From positions 1 to 64,000 of IMG/VR virus record IMGVR_UViG_3300020391_000004: 64,000 nt of DNA. One strand, 5' to 3'. Every line of letters begins with the position of its first letter. Positions within the stretch are counted from its first letter, which is position 1. The position numbers and the translations under genes were made by a program. This document shows, piece after piece, positions 1-9,038 of this stretch. This stretch comes from a virus. The notes beneath the pieces were generated by a model. The model was not told the DNA's origin. It saw only the letters and a program-made list of their open reading frames with translations, and made no database searches.

Positions 1-1223
1 TTTGTTCTAATATTCTTTTCTACCATTTCATCAGCACAACTAACGTAATCACTGCCACGTGACCAATAATAGATACCAACAGTGGCATTGTTCGAGATAG
101 GTTTCTTTTCAGCCACTTCAGTGACCCACCCGTTGTCGTCTGTACGAGCATAACTCCATTTTGGATGCGAACTTTCAAATGTAAGTATACCACCTCCCAC
201 GCCTTCCGTTGAAAATGCATAAAGGACTTCGTTAGAATTCCATTCGACGAATTGGTCCGAGTTTGCAATGACGAGCGGTTCTTCATTATCTATGTACTCC
301 CTTGCTAGTAAAGTAGTACAGGCTGCACCTTCTGTCACACCCTCTACCTGTACAATAGTACAATTAGGCTTTACTAAATTTAGAACAGTTTCTAAATTAT
401 ACTTTTCATAATGTTCCTTTTGTACTATGAAAATATAGTTTGCTTCTATATTTAAGTTATCTGCTACAACTTGTATCATTGGCTTGTTGCCAACTTCTAT
501 TAATGGTTTAGGAAATGTATATCCTTGTTCTGCAAATCTACTTCCTGCACCTGCCATAGGTATTAATACGTTCATTGTTTTACTCTTCCATGGAATATTT
601 TGTTGTGGGTTTTGATGTTCCTCTATAGCATCTAATATTTTAGATAACCAAATATCTTTTGTGTCTTCTACTGCAAGTAAATGAGCACCGCTATCTATAA
701 CTGCTTGTCTGCCTATATGACTGTCTTCTATAATTAATGTTTCGCTAGGCTTACAATTTGCTTTAAGCATACACTTAAAATACATCTCAAAGTGTGGCTT
801 AGGATTATGTACATCTTCGTTACTATACCAAAAATCAAAATATTCAATTATACCTAATTGTAGTAAACTCATTTTTACTGTGTCGCGAACTGCATTACTA
901 GCACAGGCTATTATATAACCTCTGTCTTTCAACTCGCGACACATATCCGTAAAATCGTCCCGAGGTACAACAGTCTCTTTCAGTATATCAACTGTTGCCT
1001 TTTGTTTGGCCCTGGCGATTAACGCATGACGATCTGTAGGTAAGCCTTTACGTTCTGATATCATATTTAACTTTGACCTTGTAGGCAATCCATCATAATT
1101 TGCCAAATGTTCTTCTATACTAATTGCATACTCTTCACCTAAAGCACGATTAAGTGCTTCATAATGAGTTTGCTTACTGTCTATCAGGACACCATCTAAA
1201 TCAAATATTATTAGTTTTATCAC
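1..1223 (-). CDS. HAD phosphatase fused to sugar-nucleotidyltransferase (partial, runs off left edge; missing from ORF track)
   Basis: Manual translation from GTG at 1223: VIKLIIFDLDGVLIDS (HAD DxD motif), KPHFEMY, IIEDSHIG, then MNVLIPMAGAGSRFAEQGYTFPKPLIEV (NTP-transferase signature); frame open to the window edge. Confidence 0.9.
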   Translation of the reverse strand, partial: MIKLIIFDLDGVLIDSKQTHYEALNRALGEEYAISIEEHLANYDGLPTRSKLNMISERKGLPTDRHALIARAKQKATVDILKETVVPRDDFTDMCRELKDRGYIIACASNAVRDTVKMSLLQLGIIEYFDFWYSNEDVHNPKPHFEMYFKCMLKANCKPSETLIIEDSHIGRQAVIDSGAHLLAVEDTKDIWLSKILDAIEEHQNPQQNIPWKSKTMNVLIPMAGAGSRFAEQGYTFPKPLIEVGNKPMIQVVADNLNIEANYIFIVQKEHYEKYNLETVLNLVKPNCTIVQVEGVTEGAACTTLLAREYIDNEEPLVIANSDQFVEWNSNEVLYAFSTEGVGGGILTFESSHPKWSYARTDDNGWVTEVAEKKPISNNATVGIYYWSRGSDYVSCADEMVEKNIRT

Positions 1224-1368
1224 GTTTGATTCTTCCTAATATTTCTTGACGTTGTTCTCGTGTCATTGCAGTCCAACTTGCTATTTCTTTAAGTGTTCTT
1301 CCACAACCAATACATAGGCCATCTTTTACTTTACAAATACTAATACAAGGACTATTATATTCTATCAT
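1201..1368 (-). CDS. DUF1289-like small Cys-rich protein (55 aa, not in track)
   Basis: Manual translation MIEYNSPCISICKVKDGLCIGCGRTLKEIASW matches the SPC-x3-C...CxGCxRT..EI..W pattern. Confidence 0.8.
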   Translation of the reverse strand: MIEYNSPCISICKVKDGLCIGCGRTLKEIASWTAMTREQRQEILGRIKRDKTNNI

Positions 1369-1789
1369 AATTTACTATGTAATCACTACATACTCCAGCA
1401 TACTCACTTACGTCTAATTGTAGTGAAGGCATTACTGCAATGCATGTTTGTCCAGCACTAGGTTTATTAGGATATGCCCAAGTCCATCCATTACTTGTTA
1501 TTGTATAATCATCATCCTGATGCCAGAACCAATGTATACCCCAATCATGTATATTATCTATTGCAATTTTGTTTTTACAATGACATAGTATCATTGGATT
1601 AGCTAAAAATATTCTATCAGTTTTATACATAGGACTATCATGTCCTAACCATATCTCGCCATTAAGTTTTCCCCATATATCTACTTCGCAGTAGTAACCA
1701 TGATCAATTGCATTTAAAATATAGTCAGGACTGTTTTCTAGCTCAGGTTGTTTACCTTTTAAATTTCCTCTATGACTGATTAAGTGCAT
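1355..1789 (-). CDS. Glycerophosphodiester phosphodiesterase-like protein
   Basis: ISHRGN...ENS, EVDIW, LGHD motifs of the GDPD/PLC-like fold. Confidence 0.7.
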   Translation of the reverse strand: MHLISHRGNLKGKQPELENSPDYILNAIDHGYYCEVDIWGKLNGEIWLGHDSPMYKTDRIFLANPMILCHCKNKIAIDNIHDWGIHWFWHQDDDYTITSNGWTWAYPNKPSAGQTCIAVMPSLQLDVSEYAGVCSDYIVNYDRI

Positions 1790-2393
1790 TTATTAGCTCT
1801 CCTAGTTCTTGAAATTGTAAGTTTGGAAATACTTCTGTATCCCAACCGATAGGTTTCTGCCAACTATTAATATTAGGTTGACATAAAACAAATTGTGTAC
1901 TTGAAAATAATCTAAAAAACATAACAAACTGTTTAATCCAAAAACTAGGGTCGACTGCAGGCGCAATTGTATCTGCATAGTTCTCTGTTCCTTTGTATAG
2001 GTTATTATGTTTTGCTCCTTTAGCCCAAAAGTCGTGTCCTATTAGGACTATTATATTTTGTTTTTCTTGTAATGCTAGATTTACACTGTGTAGACCACTT
2101 CCCATATGGAAACTTTGAGTATGTTTGTCAGTTTCATCCCACGGAAGTTCTGGAAGTTGCTTAAAATTATCATAAGGAAAAAAACTATACCAATCTTTTC
2201 GAGTATACACAGTGCCTTTATATTTTTTACTTACAGTCTCCATTGCCATACGTCTATCACAGCAAACTAAATGATCAACATCAATGTCTCTAAAAATTGC
2301 ATTACTTCCGTATAGTGTTCCAAAAGTTTTTAATTTTTGCAAATTAAAACCTGCACGACTTTCTCCATTACCAATACAAAAAGCAATTTTCAT
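1770..2393 (-). CDS. DUF115/Maf-like (sialyltransferase-like fold) protein
   Basis: IGNGESR, YGSNA, LVCCD, SG..V.LA, LIGHDF pattern resembles Maf/GT42-type proteins. Confidence 0.45.
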   Translation of the reverse strand: MKIAFCIGNGESRAGFNLQKLKTFGTLYGSNAIFRDIDVDHLVCCDRRMAMETVSKKYKGTVYTRKDWYSFFPYDNFKQLPELPWDETDKHTQSFHMGSGLHSVNLALQEKQNIIVLIGHDFWAKGAKHNNLYKGTENYADTIAPAVDPSFWIKQFVMFFRLFSSTQFVLCQPNINSWQKPIGWDTEVFPNLQFQELGELINALNQS

Positions 2394-3520
2394 TAATCAA
2401 TTCTTCCAAATCCAGCCCATTTAATTCCATCTAAACATACCCAACCTATATGTTTTCCTACAACAGGTCTATTATTTAAAACTATATCACCTGTTTTACT
2501 CGCATGACCTGGAATTGTTTCTGAGCTAGATATTATTCTTCCTTGTAATTCTAATTTATCTAATATTACAGTGCCTTCGCTATTGATTTTAATTCCTACT
2601 TTGTTATTTGCACCTAAGTTTAAACTTTGACGTCTACGTGTGCCTATATATCCTTCTTGTATTTTATGTTTGCCAATTACTATTTCTGTTTCTTGATCCC
2701 ATACTGTAAGTGCATCGCTAGGTTCTAATGTATTAATACCTACTCGTTGGTTACCTGGCGTAGTATATAATACGTCACTAAGTAATGCTTCACCGCTAAC
2801 CTCAAGTTCTTGTAAATTTTTACTTCGTTCTTCATTTACTTTAATACGTGCTTCCATCTCTGCAACTTTAAAACTTAAATCTTTAGGTGCTTTAGGTTTA
2901 GGAATACTTGCTATTATATCTTTTTTAAATTCCTCTTTTAGTGACGATACCCATGGTTGGTCCATTGCTATATCTCTTGCAATAAGGGTATCTGCAATCA
3001 TAGTATTTGCTTTTACTTGATCAGTAATCACTGCATTTTCTACAACAACAGAATCATTTAACACTGTTAGTTGCACGTTATCAGCCATGTCTTCTATTCC
3101 TGCAGTATTTCCAAAATCAGAAATATTTGCAGTAGTAATTTGTAATCGGCTTACATCGATTAATTTAGGATCAATGCTTTGTTCAGGAAATTTTAAATCC
3201 CTAAGTTTTTGATCCACTACATCAGCCATTAGAGAATCAATACGATCCTGGGCTAAATTTATTACTCGCGGCATTTGTTGTTGTAAGACTAATTGACCTT
3301 TTTCCTCCAACCGAGAAATCGCCGTGTCTGAAATTGAGATATTATTTACATGTTGTTTAATAGTATCATTTACATACTGCTGAAAAGCACCATTGTCAAG
3401 TCTTTCCGTAACAGTATTAGAAACTAATTCTGATATATCTATGCGTTCTAGTGCTTCGTCTATTAGACGTTTGACTTGTGTATTGAACTCTTGTTCAAAC
3501 ACCTGTTGCAACTTTTCCAT
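2393..3520 (-). CDS. Putative virion/fibre-associated protein
   Basis: C-terminal GDIVLNNRP...GWVC...W.GFG resembles fibre/spike termini; TAAATA and AGGAG upstream. Confidence 0.45.
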   Translation of the reverse strand: MEKLQQVFEQEFNTQVKRLIDEALERIDISELVSNTVTERLDNGAFQQYVNDTIKQHVNNISISDTAISRLEEKGQLVLQQQMPRVINLAQDRIDSLMADVVDQKLRDLKFPEQSIDPKLIDVSRLQITTANISDFGNTAGIEDMADNVQLTVLNDSVVVENAVITDQVKANTMIADTLIARDIAMDQPWVSSLKEEFKKDIIASIPKPKAPKDLSFKVAEMEARIKVNEERSKNLQELEVSGEALLSDVLYTTPGNQRVGINTLEPSDALTVWDQETEIVIGKHKIQEGYIGTRRRQSLNLGANNKVGIKINSEGTVILDKLELQGRIISSSETIPGHASKTGDIVLNNRPVVGKHIGWVCLDGIKWAGFGRID

Positions 3521-3556
3521 TGTTGCTCCTTGAATTATATGCTATTATATTTATTG

Positions 3557-4288
3557 TTAGAATTTAATGGTAACTACATATTCGAATGTTTTACTAAATG
3601 CAGGTTTATACATATTTCTTTTATCAACACTGAAGTTTTTACTACCTAAGTCACTACTAAATTTTGCTAATTGTTTAAAGTACATTGTACGTCTATTGTA
3701 ACGTTTGCAAATATAAAGTTCCTCATTATGTATAATATAGTTTTCCTGTATCCATGCTTGTCTATCTACTTGATCCCATTCCCGTTTACGCAGGACAATT
3801 GCATCTCCATTGTCAGTACGTAGTACAAAAGGCTCTTCAAAGTATCTTTGATTAGCATACATATTTTTATAATCTTTTATTGTAGTAATAAAAGCAACTT
3901 TAGCAATTTTACTAATCATACTTAAAAGTTGCTTTTGTTCAGTTTCATTATTTGCATAAGTCAAAAACTCATCAGGTGCTATAACATAATCAAATGTTAT
4001 TCCTTGTGCAACAAAATCTGCTAGTTCACCTTCATAATGTTTACATTCACATTTAGCATTTCCGTAATCTTTTATACCATTGTACACAGTAACATCAGCA
4101 TTCATTTTGTATAGACCCCAGGGCACTATACTTGGACCAATTACTAAGAATGTAGAATTTGGAATATCTATGTCCTCAAAATTGTTTAGCATACTTTTTG
4201 TCTTTACTTCTGCGATAGTATCAAAGTTTCTTCCTACTTCAGTAATGCTGGCTAAGTAAGAATTACAGTATTCAATTTGTTTAGACAT
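3557..4288 (-). CDS. Hypothetical protein, possible SAM-methyltransferase fold
   Basis: Full ORF with upstream RBS; only weak fold resemblance (VIGP..., FDYVIAPDE). Confidence 0.4.
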   Translation of the reverse strand: MSKQIEYCNSYLASITEVGRNFDTIAEVKTKSMLNNFEDIDIPNSTFLVIGPSIVPWGLYKMNADVTVYNGIKDYGNAKCECKHYEGELADFVAQGITFDYVIAPDEFLTYANNETEQKQLLSMISKIAKVAFITTIKDYKNMYANQRYFEEPFVLRTDNGDAIVLRKREWDQVDRQAWIQENYIIHNEELYICKRYNRRTMYFKQLAKFSSDLGSKNFSVDKRNMYKPAFSKTFEYVVTIKF

Positions 4289-4342
4289 TTCTCTCCTTCT
4301 TGGGGCTTTGTATTTATTTTTTAAATAGTAAAGTTATACATA

Positions 4343-4350
4343 TATAAATA
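4343..4350 (+). promoter_or_regulatory. T4-type late promoter TATAAATA
   Basis: Exact TATAAATA about 10 nt before the ATG at 4361. Confidence 0.6.
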
Positions 4351-4360
4351 TACGTATATA

Positions 4361-5506
4361 ATGAAACCTTACGATATTATTAACAATATAACAGAAGATA
4401 TGCTTTGCAATAATCTTAAAGACAATTATTGCCTTGTGCATTTTCCTGACAACATTAGATATGATGCCACTTTAGCTAAACGTACTTTTGTTTTTACAAC
4501 TGATAAACACCATATGGCAGGATTACCTCATAGTCCCCGTCCTGCCAAAGATAGAAACTATTTCTTTCATAATGGAGATTGGATATATGGATTTACTACA
4601 CCGTATACTCTACGTAAACATGTAAAGTATAATATATTTCAGCATAGTTGGGAACCTATAAATTTAGAACTAGATAAATTCTTTTGGGATTTTGTAAAAG
4701 TTCCACAAGACACATATGGTCTATGGGGTGATACAAAACATAAAGATTATACTGCAGTTGTCCTACATAGTGAAAAAAACAGTAAAGACATAGATTTGTT
4801 AGAAAAAGACAGTGTAAAACATGTACATTGGTTTTCTCATGCCTATCTTTGTAGTGAATTTTATTTTAAACATTATCAAAAATTAAATATTGTAAAAAAT
4901 TACAAAACAAGACCAATAAAACATAAATGGTTATGTGCGAATAGATTACTAAGACAACACCGTGTTAATTTGCTAGAGCAGATAGATATCACAAAAGGCT
5001 GTTACAGTTTACTAAATCCAGACCCTAATGGTTTGCAGTATAATGGTCCTATACCTAAACGCAGTTTTGACGATCATAGCAATCATAGTGCTGAAATATG
5101 TATCAATAAACTTACTCCATGGAACACAAGTTTTCTACATATAGTCAGTGAAACAGTATGGCAAGAAAAAATACATTTTACGGAGAAAATTTTTAAGCCT
5201 ATTGTTTTACATCAACCTTTTGTAGTAGCACAAGCACCAGGTAGTTTGGAATATTTACGAAGTTATGGTTTCAAAACATTTGATAATTGGTGGGACGAAG
5301 ATTACGATAAAATAGATGATCCTTCAAAACGTTTATCTGCAGTAGCAAAAATTATAAACGATATTGGTCGTAAAGATATTAGTGAATTAGAAACACTACG
5401 TATGGAAATGGCGAGTGTCCTCGAACACAACTTTCGTCATTTTTATGAGAACATACCCGCCATTGTATTACAAGAATTAGATACTAATCTTAGGCTTTTG
5501 AATTAA
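4361..5506 (+). CDS. TEK-motif protein (GT10/GT-B glycosyltransferase-like), paralog 1
   Basis: SFLHIVSET...FTEKIFKP...PFVV...GFKTF..WWDE.YD motif shared with three other ORFs in the window. Confidence 0.55.
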   Translation: MKPYDIINNITEDMLCNNLKDNYCLVHFPDNIRYDATLAKRTFVFTTDKHHMAGLPHSPRPAKDRNYFFHNGDWIYGFTTPYTLRKHVKYNIFQHSWEPINLELDKFFWDFVKVPQDTYGLWGDTKHKDYTAVVLHSEKNSKDIDLLEKDSVKHVHWFSHAYLCSEFYFKHYQKLNIVKNYKTRPIKHKWLCANRLLRQHRVNLLEQIDITKGCYSLLNPDPNGLQYNGPIPKRSFDDHSNHSAEICINKLTPWNTSFLHIVSETVWQEKIHFTEKIFKPIVLHQPFVVAQAPGSLEYLRSYGFKTFDNWWDEDYDKIDDPSKRLSAVAKIINDIGRKDISELETLRMEMASVLEHNFRHFYENIPAIVLQELDTNLRLLN

Positions 5507-5741
5507 GTCTTTCTGCTCTTTCTTTTGCCCATTTTGCTTCTCTTTCTTCACTTTCAACCTGACTTACACTCATTGTCCAAGTGAACCAAAGGAAACCTAA
5601 TCCCAGTATTGCAATTAAGCCATAAGTTGGATTCCCTAAGTAAGTTCCTGCTAATTTCATTATACCAAGAAACAGCACACCACCTATTGCCATACCTATT
5701 AGATAACTTAGAAATCTCTTTAAAACTGCCATATTTTTCAT
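5490..5741 (-). CDS. Small two-TM membrane protein (start revised to 5741)
   Basis: AAGGA RBS before the ATG at 5741; two hydrophobic stretches. Confidence 0.65.
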   Translation of the reverse strand: MKNMAVLKRFLSYLIGMAIGGVLFLGIMKLAGTYLGNPTYGLIAILGLGFLWFTWTMSVSQVESEEREAKWAKERAERLNSKA

Positions 5742-5793
5742 TTTTTTGATCCTTATACTATATGTTGTGTTATTTAACTTAATTATATAATGC

Positions 5794-5822
5794 ATAATAC
5801 TATATCTTGTGCCTATTGTCAA
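5794..5822 (-). promoter_or_regulatory. sigma70-type promoter TTGACA-17-TATTAT
   Basis: Read directly on the minus strand. Confidence 0.75.
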
Positions 5823-5839
5823 CCGTTTTGAAAAATTAA

Positions 5840-6178
5840 TTATATGCTAGTCTTGTGCCTTAGTACGTCCTCAAACGTGTATTGACACTGCATTGAAGCG
5901 CCGTATTTTGTAGGCTTCATATTCTCTATCATATCAGGAGTCATACCATAAAACTCCGTCCAATCAGTAATACTGATTTGATCACCTTTTGCAAGTTTCA
6001 GCATCATAACTTGCTTAGGAGTTAAACACATTACATCATTTAAACTCATATCATTAAAGACTACACAGTAACAACGTCTACCTTTTGGATCTAGTTTAGC
6101 ATTAGCAAAGTGAACATACTTATTACCATCATCATGCTCTTTGAGAGTCACACTATAATTTGCTGAAGACATATACAC
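5840..6178 (-). CDS. Hypothetical protein
   Basis: ORF in operon context; true start may be a GTG slightly downstream. Confidence 0.55.
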   Translation of the reverse strand: MYMSSANYSVTLKEHDDGNKYVHFANAKLDPKGRRCYCVVFNDMSLNDVMCLTPKQVMMLKLAKGDQISITDWTEFYGMTPDMIENMKPTKYGASMQCQYTFEDVLRHKTSI

Positions 6179-7280
6179 CCTCCCATTTTTCTCTTCCTTG
6201 TTTTCGATCGTTGCCTACACCCGGTCTAGTTGTAAGCATCATTTTAATTGTTTGTGTATGTTTGAAGCCTACTCTTTCAGCATATGATATCCATTCTTTG
6301 ACGACTTCGTATGGCTCTTTCCTATCGTACGATTTATAGTCGGCGATATTCGTGGCGAAGATTCCTTCTCTATTGAGCCCTCTGTAAATATTTTCCATAG
6401 TCGGAGTAACATAACCTTCAAACCATTCATCCAAAGTTTTATACCTAACCATACATTGAGTTGATTCATTGCTATACTTCTCCAAGTTAAAATAAGGAGG
6501 ACTTGAAAACGCTAAATCAATATCCTCTGGTTTGTATTCTTCACTTACACTTTGTACTATCTTACCTTTTACACCAGTTGCTTCTGTAATTATTTCGTTT
6601 AAATAATTTAAGTAATTGACAGTCTCTGTATTAGGCTCTACACCTATATAATCGTATTTAAAGTTACTAGATCCAATGCCTAATAATCTTCCACCATAAC
6701 CACAACTATAATCATATACTCTACCCCATAATACAGGACATAAATGTTCTACTATTGCTTTTGCATTCTGAGCCTTAAAGTTAGTAACGTTTTCTCCTGT
6801 AACTAATTCTAATGCAGTCCTTAATTGTGTTGGTCTTAGTAGTTTATCACCCGTTCTAAATTCAAAACAAATTCTAATTGCACGTTTTAGTTTAGCGTCA
6901 TTCCAAAATCTATCTTTTAAACTATTACTACCTCTGCCTTTAGGCTCAGCAGTCATCATATTAGGAAATAAAAATCTGTTTATAGTTTGTCCTCTATTAT
7001 TTCCTAAACCTATTACACTATTGTTTACACCATTGTAGGTTTGTTGTGAAAAGGTTTTTACTGCGTCTATTAATCCTTGTTCAGTATAGTAAACTATTGG
7101 TACTAATCCAATGCGCCTATATAAATTAAATACTTCATCTATTACTGCTTGAGGATCTTTATCGTATTGTTCTTTGGTATAACTATCTAGTTTTTCATAT
7201 ACACTTTCATAACCTGTAAATTGATCAGCTACTATATGCTCCGATCTAATTTTCCAAGTATTATGTAAATGATCTATCAA
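6153..7280 (-). CDS. DNA amino-methyltransferase (N6-A/N4-C type)
   Basis: YDYSCGYGG SAM-binding motif followed by the FSSPPY catalytic motif. Confidence 0.85.
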   Translation of the reverse strand: MIDHLHNTWKIRSEHIVADQFTGYESVYEKLDSYTKEQYDKDPQAVIDEVFNLYRRIGLVPIVYYTEQGLIDAVKTFSQQTYNGVNNSVIGLGNNRGQTINRFLFPNMMTAEPKGRGSNSLKDRFWNDAKLKRAIRICFEFRTGDKLLRPTQLRTALELVTGENVTNFKAQNAKAIVEHLCPVLWGRVYDYSCGYGGRLLGIGSSNFKYDYIGVEPNTETVNYLNYLNEIITEATGVKGKIVQSVSEEYKPEDIDLAFSSPPYFNLEKYSNESTQCMVRYKTLDEWFEGYVTPTMENIYRGLNREGIFATNIADYKSYDRKEPYEVVKEWISYAERVGFKHTQTIKMMLTTRPGVGNDRKQGREKWEGVYVFSKL

Positions 7281-7654
7281 CCTCTTCGCATCCTCGCAAT
7301 CTCTTTTGCATCATTACTATCCTTACGTATAGGAACTAAATTACTTTTATGTAGTAATCCGATACCTGCAATTTCATTGCCTGTGTACTGTTGCTCAGGC
7401 TTCTTAGCAGTGCTACCAACAATGTTATTACTGCACTGTGCAGTGCCTTGGTGTGCTTTATAATCAGGGATCTTATTACCTGCATCTGTGTTACCTGCAT
7501 TCCTCTGACTAGGATGGGCACCCATTTTCATAAGGAACTTGTCATGTTCTTTACGACTCTGTAATTCTCTTTCGCTAGGCATCTTTTTAAATTTACCTTT
7601 TTTACGACTATATTTTGTAGTGGTCATCCAAGGACCTAATAAATGCATTGTCAT
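7277..7654 (-). CDS. Conserved phage hypothetical protein
   Basis: YTG..I.GIG.LHKSN.VPI motif; RBS and sigma70 promoter upstream. Confidence 0.7.
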   Translation of the reverse strand: MTMHLLGPWMTTTKYSRKKGKFKKMPSERELQSRKEHDKFLMKMGAHPSQRNAGNTDAGNKIPDYKAHQGTAQCSNNIVGSTAKKPEQQYTGNEIAGIGLLHKSNLVPIRKDSNDAKEIARMRRG

Positions 7655-7678
7655 AACTACTCCTTCTAATATACAATC

Positions 7679-7706
7679 ATTATATACTAGTTTAGCACTA
7701 TGTCAA
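7679..7706 (-). promoter_or_regulatory. sigma70-type promoter TTGACA-16-TATAAT
   Basis: Read directly on the minus strand. Confidence 0.65.
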
Positions 7707-7890
7707 CCTCTATTTTATCTATGATATGTTCTGTGACCGTTTTTCCTGTAGTTTCTTCTACTGCTAAACCTGCCCCACCTGATATGATTCCAGCGGTGTT
7801 TCCTGTAACAAGACTATGCACAAGACTACCTACACCAAATAAAGGGCTACATCCACCTAGCATTAATAATACAACTAGCCTAAGGACCAT
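7687..7890 (-). CDS. Small lipoprotein
   Basis: Hydrophobic N-terminus with an LGGC lipobox. Confidence 0.6.
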   Translation of the reverse strand: MVLRLVVLLMLGGCSPLFGVGSLVHSLVTGNTAGIISGGAGLAVEETTGKTVTEHIIDKIEVDIVLN

Positions 7891-9034
7891 TATATCCCCT
7901 TATTTTTTCTGCAATAGTCTGTGCAGTATAAGCACTCAATGTCCATCCTAAATGTCCATGTCCTGTGTTATACCATACATTAGATTTATTTTTACTTTGG
8001 GCTACTATAGGCATCATACTAGGAGTCATAGGTCTCAGTCCAGCCCAAGGTTTTACATCTTCTGTGTTTATTCCTTCAAACATAGATTCAGCCCAACGTA
8101 CTAAAGGTTTAATTCTTGCTTGAATAATGTCTGTGTTGTATCCATTAAACTCAGCGGTACCTGCTACTCTTAATCTATTTTTTCCTAGTCTTGCAGTAAC
8201 TATCTTTGCTTCGTCATCTAATAAACTTACCCACGGAGCATTTCCTGGATTGTTAATTGTTATACTGTAACCTTTTACAGGATATATAGGCAAATTGTCT
8301 TTAATTGTACTTGCTAATTGTTTACTTCCTGTTCCGGCACAAACTACTATTGGTCCATCAAAGTCTAGTTTATCTACAGTATCAGTTTTAAATACAACTC
8401 CATATTTTTCTTCTAAAACTTTTTCAAGTTCTACGCAAAATTTATGTATATCTCCTGTAAAGTCACTAGTGTTATAAAAGCCTCCTATAATATTAGGATT
8501 GCTTAGTGCAGGTTCAATAGTTTTTATTTCTTCAGTACTAACTTCCCATCTATTTAATCCTGCCGTTCTATATAAATCGTTTGTGGCCCATGCCTGTTCT
8601 AACTCTTCTTCAGTAGTGTAGACATGAAGTATACCTTTTTCTACTTTATCAAACTCTATACCTTCTTCATCTGCAATTTGTTTATATAGTTTGTGTGCTT
8701 CTAAACTCATACGACAGGTTTCTATTGTGTTTACTTTTCTGTTTTTTATTTCTAAAATAAATTTTACAAACCAACTGTATTTGTCTAAACTAGGAGTAAG
8801 GTTTATTTTAAGTGGAGCATCAGGTTGTGTTAACCATTTGATACCTTTTTTAACATTACGCCAACTATTCCATGTTTCAGCATTGCTGGCACTTAGTTGT
8901 CCACCATTAGCATATGAAGTCGCCATTGCAGGATATTTTCTTTCGTCCTGTATAGTGACTTCGTATCCTGCTTTTGCAAGATAATATGCGGTTGTTACTC
9001 CCGTAATTCCTGCACCAATAACCAATGCTTTCAT
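7880..9034 (-). CDS. dadA: D-amino acid dehydrogenase (FAD)
   Basis: GAGITG FAD-binding motif, TSYANGGQLSASNAE, YPVKGYS, WAGLRPMTP, NTGHGHLGWTLS. Confidence 0.9.
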   Translation of the reverse strand: MKALVIGAGITGVTTAYYLAKAGYEVTIQDERKYPAMATSYANGGQLSASNAETWNSWRNVKKGIKWLTQPDAPLKINLTPSLDKYSWFVKFILEIKNRKVNTIETCRMSLEAHKLYKQIADEEGIEFDKVEKGILHVYTTEEELEQAWATNDLYRTAGLNRWEVSTEEIKTIEPALSNPNIIGGFYNTSDFTGDIHKFCVELEKVLEEKYGVVFKTDTVDKLDFDGPIVVCAGTGSKQLASTIKDNLPIYPVKGYSITINNPGNAPWVSLLDDEAKIVTARLGKNRLRVAGTAEFNGYNTDIIQARIKPLVRWAESMFEGINTEDVKPWAGLRPMTPSMMPIVAQSKNKSNVWYNTGHGHLGWTLSAYTAQTIAEKIRGYNGP

Positions 9035-9038
9035 TTTT

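Noticed and set aside
20-286. 88-aa ORF in the track
   Set aside because: Out-of-frame overlap with the real nucleotidyltransferase frame, which runs off the window edge
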